Origin: Candidatus Obscuribacteraceae bacterium
Lineage (GTDB): Bacteria; Cyanobacteriota; Vampirovibrionia; Obscuribacterales; Obscuribacteraceae
DNA: 64,000 bases
NCBI GenBank assembly: GCA_044229845.1
Contig: JBGASG010000001.1
Coordinates: 256,001 to 320,000 of the forward strand
Direction: 5' to 3'
Shown here: piece by piece, positions 57,835 through 64,000 of the stretch
How positions within the stretch are numbered: the first letter of the stretch is position 1
How the letters are laid out: every line of letters starts with the position of its first letter
Position numbers and translations under genes: made by a program
The notes under the pieces: model-generated
Database searches by the model: none
What the model was told of the DNA's origin: nothing
What the model saw: the letters and a program-made list of their open reading frames with translations, nothing else

Positions 57835-58026
57835 AGAGCCTATGCGGCATTTTTGGAGCATCAGGGCAAATCTTTGGAGTCCAAGCAATATGTGCGTAAA
57901 GCTGAAGTCGCAGCGAGCGCTCCGCAAGAGGATGTTGTTTTTTATGAGGAGACCGGGAAGACGGAAGGTCCGCCGCCGCCAGACTACGACGACAACGATC
58001 TCTATCCGCCCGAATTGCTGAAATGA
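57835..58026 (+). pseudogene. 3' remnant of a paralog of the 56310..57569 TPR gene
   Basis: Translates RAYAAFLEHQGKSLESKQYV...PPPPDYDDNDLYPPELLK*, versus RAYATLLQHQGKASEAEKYL...SKFDDADLYAPEPAK*; in-frame stop upstream at 57772. Confidence 0.75.
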
Positions 58027-58047
58027 CAGGCACCGAATATGGTGCGG

Positions 58048-58698
58048 CTAACGGGTTCTCGTCTGCCTGAACATCATATCCAAATCAAGCTGCGAAACTT
58101 TCCGCCACTCGCCAGGCGCCAGTCCCATGGACCAAAGATTCAGTTGACCGATCTGGACGCGGAACAGTCTCAAGGTGGGGTTCCCCACTGCGGCAGTCAT
58201 TTTGCGCACCTGGCGGTTTCTTCCCTCGGTCAATGTCAGCTCGATCCACGCAGTCGGAATGTTGGCGCGATAGCGAATCGGTTTCTCCCTCTCTGGAAGC
58301 TCCTGCGGCAGCGGATCGAGCAATCGCGCGCGTGCCGGCGCCGTGCGTTTCCCTTCGATCATCACTCCGCGTTCCAGATGGTTCAGTGCCGCTTTGGCGG
58401 GGATATTCTCCACTTGGACCCAGTAGCGGCGCTCGTGCGCGTGAGCCGGGTCCAGCAACAACTGGTTGAGCCGGTTGTCGTCAGTCAGGAGCAGCATCCC
58501 CTCGCTGTCATAGTCAAGCCGACCGACCGGATAGACACCCTGCGGAAACCCGAACTCCGCCAGTGTTCGCTTATCTGACCCCTCAGGCTTGGTAAACTGC
58601 GTGAGCACTGCGTAAGGCTTGTTGAAAACGATGTATGCGCGGTCGCCACGGGCGGCAAACTCGTGGCTGGACTTTAACGATTTTCGCGGATCGGGCAC
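58048..58698 (-). CDS. rRNA pseudouridine synthase (RsuA/RluE family)
   Basis: FNKPYAVL, VGRLDYDSEG, LTEGRNRQVRKMTAAVGNPTLRL. Confidence 0.92.
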   Translation of the reverse strand: MPDPRKSLKSSHEFAARGDRAYIVFNKPYAVLTQFTKPEGSDKRTLAEFGFPQGVYPVGRLDYDSEGMLLLTDDNRLNQLLLDPAHAHERRYWVQVENIPAKAALNHLERGVMIEGKRTAPARARLLDPLPQELPEREKPIRYRANIPTAWIELTLTEGRNRQVRKMTAAVGNPTLRLFRVQIGQLNLWSMGLAPGEWRKVSQLDLDMMFRQTRTR

Positions 58699-58774
58699 GG
58701 AGGAAGGTCCTCGCGAAGCTTGGAACGGTATAATGACGCGCTACATTCGACGCAACTGGCTGGAGGGCAAGTAA

Positions 58775-59326
58775 ATGGCTGACAAGCGATTGGCTGGAAC
58801 GCGGTTCCTAATGGTAATTGCTCAGAGCGATTTCCGAGATGAAGAATTGCTCGAACCTAAGCAAGTTCTTGAAGCAGAGGGCGCGCAAGTAACTGTCGCT
58901 TCAACGAAAGGCGGCGAAGCGACGGGCATGCTCGGTGCCAAAGTAACTCCGGATACTACTCTCGATGCCGTCAACTCTGGCGATTTCAAAGGTATTTCGG
59001 TGGTTGGTGGCATGGGTTCGCCGGAGTTCCTCTGGACCAATGCTACCTTGCACAAGCTGGTACAAGAATTCTATCGCGATCAAAAAGTGGTGGCAGCCAT
59101 TTGCCTGTCCGGTGCCGCGTTGGCTAAAGCTGGTGTATTGCAGAACCGCAAAGCCACAGTCTGGGAAATGCCGGAGTCTGTCGCGGCGCTGGAAGAAGGA
59201 AAAGCCACATTCGTGAAAGAGCCGGTAGTTCAGGACGGTCACGTGATCACAGCTAATGGACCGGAAGCGGCGACCGAATACGGCAAGAAGATCGTCGAGC
59301 AATTGGCGAAGGTCGCAGTCAAGTAA
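58775..59326 (+). CDS. DJ-1/PfpI family protein
   Basis: FRDEE, VVGGMG, AAICLS, VITANGP. Confidence 0.92.
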   Translation: MADKRLAGTRFLMVIAQSDFRDEELLEPKQVLEAEGAQVTVASTKGGEATGMLGAKVTPDTTLDAVNSGDFKGISVVGGMGSPEFLWTNATLHKLVQEFYRDQKVVAAICLSGAALAKAGVLQNRKATVWEMPESVAALEEGKATFVKEPVVQDGHVITANGPEAATEYGKKIVEQLAKVAVK

Positions 59327-59344
59327 GCAAACACAGGAAACATC

Positions 59345-61108
59345 ATGATCAAAGAAAAGCTCGGGGAGCTGGTTGAACAGGCGCTGTCCAAGGCAATTGG
59401 CAGCGGTAAGCTGGGAGCGCTGGAAAGCGTCGATGTGCCGGTCGTCATCGAACGGCCGCGCCTCCCCGAGCACGGTGACTTTGCTTGCGGCAGTGCCATG
59501 AAACTGGCCGGTAAGGCGAAGATGCCGCCGATCAAAATCGCTGAAGCTATTCGTGCGGAACTCATTCCTGATGCCGATCATGTGGCGAAATTGGAAGTGG
59601 CGCCGCCTGGTTTCATCAACTTCAGATTGCAGCAAAACATTCTGGCAGAAACTCTGAACGCGATTCATCAGCAAGGCGAGAACTTCGGTCGCAGCAAATG
59701 GGGTGTCGGTAAGCGCATCAACATCGAATATGTCTCTGCCAATCCCACCGGTGATTTGCACATCGGACACGCTCGGGGCGCGGTTTTCGGCAGCTGCCTG
59801 GCGAATCTGTTCAGATTTGCTGGTGCCGACGTCGAAGAGGAGTTCTATATAAATGATGCCGGTGAACAAATAGCGCAATTAGGAAGAAACGTCTGGGCGA
59901 TCTATCAAAGACTGCAAGGCAAGGAAGTTCCTTATCCGGAAGGAACCTATCCGGAAGAGATGCTTCAGGACTTCGTCAAAACCATAGTGGATCGCGATGG
60001 CGACAAGTATCTTGCGCTGACTGATGCCGAGGGACCGCAAAAACTTGGGGATCTGACCAAGCAAGTGATTCTCGATATTCAGCGCGATCTGCTGCACAAA
60101 ATGGGTATCGAGTTCAAACGCTGGTTCTCCGAAAAGACGCTCCATGCCAGCGGCGCGGTGCCCGCAGTGATCGATAAATTCAGAGAGCAGGGCACCGCAT
60201 ACGATGCCGATGGCGCAGTCTGGCTGAAAGCTAAACAGCTCGGGGACGAGCGCGACCGCGTGTTGCAGAAGAGCGCTGCGCAAGGCGCTAATTACACATA
60301 TCTGGCTGCCGATGCGGCTTACCACCTGGATAAGTTCAAGCGCGGTTACGACCTGTGCATCAACATCTGGGGCGCCGATCACCACGGACAGGTTCCGGGA
60401 CTGAAAGGCTCAATGGCCGCCCTGGGAGAAGACCCGAATCGCCTGGAAGTGATTCTCACTCAGATCGTCAATCTGCAACGCGACGGACAGCTGGTGCGCA
60501 TGTCCAAGCGCAAAGGCACGGTTGTTACGCTCGAGGAGCTGGTGGACGAAGTCGGCGTCGACGCTGTTCGCTATTACCTCGGCGAATCGAGTCCGCAGAA
60601 CCCGATCAGTTTTGATCTCGAGCTGGCGAAGAAGACCAGTCGGGAAAATCCGGCCTTCTACATTCAATATGCACACGCACGCTGCGCATCGATATTACGT
60701 CGCGCGCTGGAAAGCGGCGTCGATCCCGAATCAGGCAACCAACAACAGGCACCCGTCAGCGAAGCCGACTGGAAGAAGTATCTGGACGAGTACAAACAGT
60801 CATCTCAGGTATTCGTGCCGCTGTTCGACGAAGACCCAGCCGTTTTCGCTCATCAGAAGGCGCTGGTAATGCGGCTCGATTCGTTTCCTGAAGAAGTGGA
60901 AGAAGCGGCTCAAACCCGCACCCCTGGGCGCATTGCCAGGTACGCATATGATGTTGCCAACGACCTGCAGAAATTCTATGAGGTTTCGCGGGTGATCACG
61001 GACCAACCGGCTGTCACTAAAGCCAGGCTGGGATTAATCGTGGCGACCCGGCAAGTGCTGGCGAACGCACTTGCCATAATCGGGGTTTCGGCGCCCGACC
61101 GGATGTGA
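59345..61108 (+). CDS. argS: Arginine--tRNA ligase
   Basis: HGDFA, PGFINF, EYVSANPTGDLHIGHAR, GADHHG, MSKRKG, YIQYAHAR. Confidence 0.98.
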   Translation: MIKEKLGELVEQALSKAIGSGKLGALESVDVPVVIERPRLPEHGDFACGSAMKLAGKAKMPPIKIAEAIRAELIPDADHVAKLEVAPPGFINFRLQQNILAETLNAIHQQGENFGRSKWGVGKRINIEYVSANPTGDLHIGHARGAVFGSCLANLFRFAGADVEEEFYINDAGEQIAQLGRNVWAIYQRLQGKEVPYPEGTYPEEMLQDFVKTIVDRDGDKYLALTDAEGPQKLGDLTKQVILDIQRDLLHKMGIEFKRWFSEKTLHASGAVPAVIDKFREQGTAYDADGAVWLKAKQLGDERDRVLQKSAAQGANYTYLAADAAYHLDKFKRGYDLCINIWGADHHGQVPGLKGSMAALGEDPNRLEVILTQIVNLQRDGQLVRMSKRKGTVVTLEELVDEVGVDAVRYYLGESSPQNPISFDLELAKKTSRENPAFYIQYAHARCASILRRALESGVDPESGNQQQAPVSEADWKKYLDEYKQSSQVFVPLFDEDPAVFAHQKALVMRLDSFPEEVEEAAQTRTPGRIARYAYDVANDLQKFYEVSRVITDQPAVTKARLGLIVATRQVLANALAIIGVSAPDRM

Positions 61109-61376
61109 GAAACGTGCGCTAAGCATCTGGGTTTCGATCGTCAAAACTGGCTCTGCATCAGCGTCGCAATATAGCTTGAAGATATGCGACGGCGTGCTCG
61201 CGGAAACTCTAATTAACTAAGGGATAACCTTTACGATCGGTTCCACTTTAGATTAAGAGGGCTATCATATTTAACAGGTCAACTTACTGCATCGAGCGTC
61301 TTGGCGGAAGGACGAGTTCTCGGGGCGTGTATTTTGGCGCGCGCAATACAGGCCACGACGCTGGGGGCACTGCTTA

Positions 61377-61730
61377 GTGAATACACAACAACGCGATTAC
61401 ATCTGGAATAGTTTCTTGACGGCAAACGAGGCTTTTCACGAAGGCCGCTACAGCAAAGCAGGACGTTTGTTCAAGGAAGTATTGCAGGAATCGGCGGAGT
61501 TCGGAGAACTGGACCCCCGGTTGGATGGTAGCGCGTGTTCACTGGCCGAGACGTATTGCCGACAGGGAGCGTTCTCAGATGCTGCCGCTCTCTATCGAGC
61601 AGTCTGCGCGGTGCGCAGAAAAATTCTCGGACCTAAACATCCTCAGGTATTGGAAGCTGAGCGTAAGCTGGCCGACGCACTCTGGCAGGTTGGTTGCCTG
61701 ACTCCTGGCGTGTTAGCGCGTCAAAACTGA
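61377..61730 (+). CDS. Small TPR protein
   Basis: LAETYCRQGAFSDAAALY...RKILGPKHPQV. Confidence 0.7.
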   Translation: MNTQQRDYIWNSFLTANEAFHEGRYSKAGRLFKEVLQESAEFGELDPRLDGSACSLAETYCRQGAFSDAAALYRAVCAVRRKILGPKHPQVLEAERKLADALWQVGCLTPGVLARQN

Positions 61731-61819
61731 AGTCTTTGTTGCACTCGCTTACATCTCTTCTGTAAACGGAACTCGTCTTCTGCGGGCTCGTCTTCTGGTC
61801 TATACAGATTGGGAGTCGA

Positions 61820-62023
61820 ATGATGGGCACGTCGAATTACATTCCCAGAGAAGGTGAAATGAACGTATCGCTGGACGCGCTCGCGCTTGATCTACGGCGC
61901 ATGCTGTCGGTTCAGTTCAGAGAATTCATTCACCACATTGAAGATCACGAGGTCGAGCCGGTACTTGAAACCAATCCGGGCGTCGTGCATTTTCTCGAGC
62001 GCTGCTGGGTGCAAGCGGCGTAG
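61820..62023 (+). CDS. Small hypothetical protein
   Basis: GGGAG RBS; 67 aa. Confidence 0.4.
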   Translation: MMGTSNYIPREGEMNVSLDALALDLRRMLSVQFREFIHHIEDHEVEPVLETNPGVVHFLERCWVQAA

Positions 62024-62147
62024 CAGAACAACATCAAGCTGCAGAACCAACATCAAGGAAACTACTGAGATTAATCCGGTAGTTTCCTCTTAGTATCGGA
62101 TAGACATTTTGTTGATAATATAGGCGCGCCTCACGTGGCTTTTTGCT

Positions 62148-63242
62148 GTGCCCAACTTACTTATCGCGCCCACTGCCTTTAAAGGCACGTTCTCGCCGCT
62201 TACCGTGGCTAACGCCATGTTGCAAGGGGCGCGCGATTCCCGGCGAGCTCTGTCCTGCCGCATTGTGCCACTGGCTGATGGCGGGGATGGCACTATCGAG
62301 ACTCTCAATCATGTTCTCGGTGGCGCACTGCACCCGGTAGATGTGACCGGCCCGATCGCTAAGCGTGTGTCGGCGCCCTGGCTCAAGTTGGGTGATACCG
62401 GAGTCGTTGAACTGGCTGGCGCTTGCGGTATCGCTCATCTGCAGGGACACCTCGAGCCGATGCGCGCCCACACTTATGGGCTGGGCGAATTGATGAGACA
62501 TTGCATTCACAGCGGTGTCCATAAGGTCTTCGTAGCGGTCGGCGGCAGTGCCTCCACTGATGGTGGCATGGGTGCGTTGCAGGCATTGCGTGCGGAATTC
62601 CATGGTGAGAGCGGCGAGCCGATCATCGAACGCGGCGGGGCGGCACTCAATCGCGTTGCCTACGCCAACGTGACCGGCTGCGAGCGGCTGGTCAAAGATG
62701 TGCAGGTCACTATCGTCACCGATGTCACCAACCCTCTTTTGGGACCGCAGGGTGCAGCACGCATATTTGCTCCGCAGAAGGGCGCCTCGCCTGAAGAAGT
62801 AGACTTGCTGGAGCACGGACTTGAGCGATTTGCGGACGTGATGGAAGCCACCACCAGGCGCCACTGGCGCGACCTCAAGGGCGCCGGTGCGGCCGGCGGC
62901 ACGGCTTACGGATTGGCGGTGGCACTGGATTCCAAAATAGTCCCCGGGTTCGAATGGCTGGCCAATTTGCTCAAACTCGACGAACATTTGGAGTGGGCAG
63001 ACATGGTGATCTCCGGCGAAGGACGCTTCGATAGCCAGTCGCTGCAAGGCAAAGTGCTCGGTTCACTGATCGATCGGTGTGTGCACTGGGAGAAACCTCT
63101 TACGGTTGTCACGGGTTCAATAGATGAATCGGTGGCGGTACCCTATGGTGTGCAAGTCGTTTGTGTCGAATCCGACCGGGCCAGCGAATACGACATCGCC
63201 CGCGCCGTCGAGGCTTCGCTCACAACTCAGGTAGCTGGGTGA
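62148..63242 (+). CDS. Glycerate kinase (GlxK/GarK family)
   Basis: IAPTAFKGT, ADGGDGT, GGSASTDGG, DVTNPLLG, GAAGG, GEGRFDSQSLQGK. Confidence 0.93.
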   Translation: MPNLLIAPTAFKGTFSPLTVANAMLQGARDSRRALSCRIVPLADGGDGTIETLNHVLGGALHPVDVTGPIAKRVSAPWLKLGDTGVVELAGACGIAHLQGHLEPMRAHTYGLGELMRHCIHSGVHKVFVAVGGSASTDGGMGALQALRAEFHGESGEPIIERGGAALNRVAYANVTGCERLVKDVQVTIVTDVTNPLLGPQGAARIFAPQKGASPEEVDLLEHGLERFADVMEATTRRHWRDLKGAGAAGGTAYGLAVALDSKIVPGFEWLANLLKLDEHLEWADMVISGEGRFDSQSLQGKVLGSLIDRCVHWEKPLTVVTGSIDESVAVPYGVQVVCVESDRASEYDIARAVEASLTTQVAG

Positions 63243-63269
63243 TCAGAGTCTGAAATATCGAGGTGATAC

Positions 63270-64000
63270 TTGGGGCTTCCCGATCAGCAACGTCGCTTTC
63301 CATTAGCCGTTTCGGATCTCTGGCGCTGGGACGGCAGCATAGATCGCGGTCCGTATATCTTTTACGGCGTCACCCTCAGTGGTATCAAATACGGTATTGA
63401 TTCGTTCGTTTCCTGGACTTTCTTTCACAAGCCCTGGTCGTTTCTCAATTACATAATGCCGGGGCAGTCGCTCGACTTGCTGGCATTGCAGCCGCAGGAA
63501 ATCACCTATTTGCTGGCCATGATTTCGCTGGCGTTGCCTTTCATCTGGACGGGCACCACGCTGACGCTGCGCCGCTTAAGAGGAGCGGGGTTGCCTCCCT
63601 GGTTGGTTAAGCTCTTTTTTGTGCCGGTCGTCAATTTCATTATGTTCTTGACGCTGTGCGTGATGCCGACTCAGGAAGAACCTGGAATCAAACTCATCTC
63701 CGAGGACGATCGCTCGGCATTGGCAAAAGTGGAGCAAGAAGAGATCGACGGCAAGAAACAGCAGGGGGTGGCAGCGTCGGCAGCGCAGAAACCGCTTCCC
63801 GTCGTCTACTCCAAGGAAGACCGCTCGCGGAGCGCACTGTTTGCTATCTGTTCGACTGTGCCGATTGCTTCGCTCGCTCTCTGGTTCGGCACGATTTATT
63901 TGCAGGGTTATGGCTGGTGGTTGTTCATCGCCCTGCCTTTTGCCATGGGCATGGCACCGGCATATCTCTACGGCAAAGAATATCCGCGCCCATTTAAAGA
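63270..64000 (+). CDS. DUF805-like membrane protein (runs off the window end)
   Basis: TTG after GAGG; own translation LWRWDGSIDRGPY...LPFIWTGTTLTLRRLRGAGLPPWLVKLFFVPVVN; not in the ORF track because it is truncated. Confidence 0.75.
   Translation, partial: MGLPDQQRRFPLAVSDLWRWDGSIDRGPYIFYGVTLSGIKYGIDSFVSWTFFHKPWSFLNYIMPGQSLDLLALQPQEITYLLAMISLALPFIWTGTTLTLRRLRGAGLPPWLVKLFFVPVVNFIMFLTLCVMPTQEEPGIKLISEDDRSALAKVEQEEIDGKKQQGVAASAAQKPLPVVYSKEDRSRSALFAICSTVPIASLALWFGTIYLQGYGWWLFIALPFAMGMAPAYLYGKEYPRPFK

Noticed and set aside
61771..61797. Direct repeat CTCGTCTTCTG x2 (also TGTCCCA x2 near 46558-46576)
   Set aside because: Too short and isolated to distinguish from chance.

Overview
A 64-kb, GC-rich bacterial chromosomal segment, mostly housekeeping genes (etfBA, ispG, rpe, cysE, fabF, cobU, def, rapZ-CTD/yvcK, sucCD, PPi-type pfk, ribD, miaB, nagZ, metK, argS, glycerate kinase). 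These are interspersed with signalling genes (Ser/Thr kinase-TPR, HisKA_3 kinase, FHA-cyclase, TPR proteins) and large low-complexity orphans. Cyanobacteria-like features (CysE ending ...FLHGAGI, SigG-like ECF sigma, YvcK with an N-terminal membrane extension), no photosynthesis genes in the window and many kinase/TPR/LysM orphans suggest a non-photosynthetic cyanobacterial relative (Melainabacteria/Vampirovibrionia, Obscuribacterales-like); this is inference. No rRNA, tRNA, transposase or bona fide CRISPR array was seen. Most notable: (1) a ~450-bp mosaic of two palindrome families (three 35-bp sites, one with an inverted core, plus a 21-bp perfect hairpin with an alternative pairing arm) upstream of an orphan DUF6088/AbiEi-like gene; (2) an AbrB/MazE DNA-binding domain fused to a degenerate CpaF/TadA N-terminal domain; (3) an ECF sigma, a triple-zinc-finger anti-sigma and two Spy/CpxP-like genes, with a GGAAC-N16-CGTCGA motif present twice; (4) an EF-hand + calpain-like protease; (5) an OLD-type TOPRIM protein lacking the ATPase; (6) a back-to-back scar of two 5'-truncated genes. 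All family assignments come from motif recognition by eye, not database searches.
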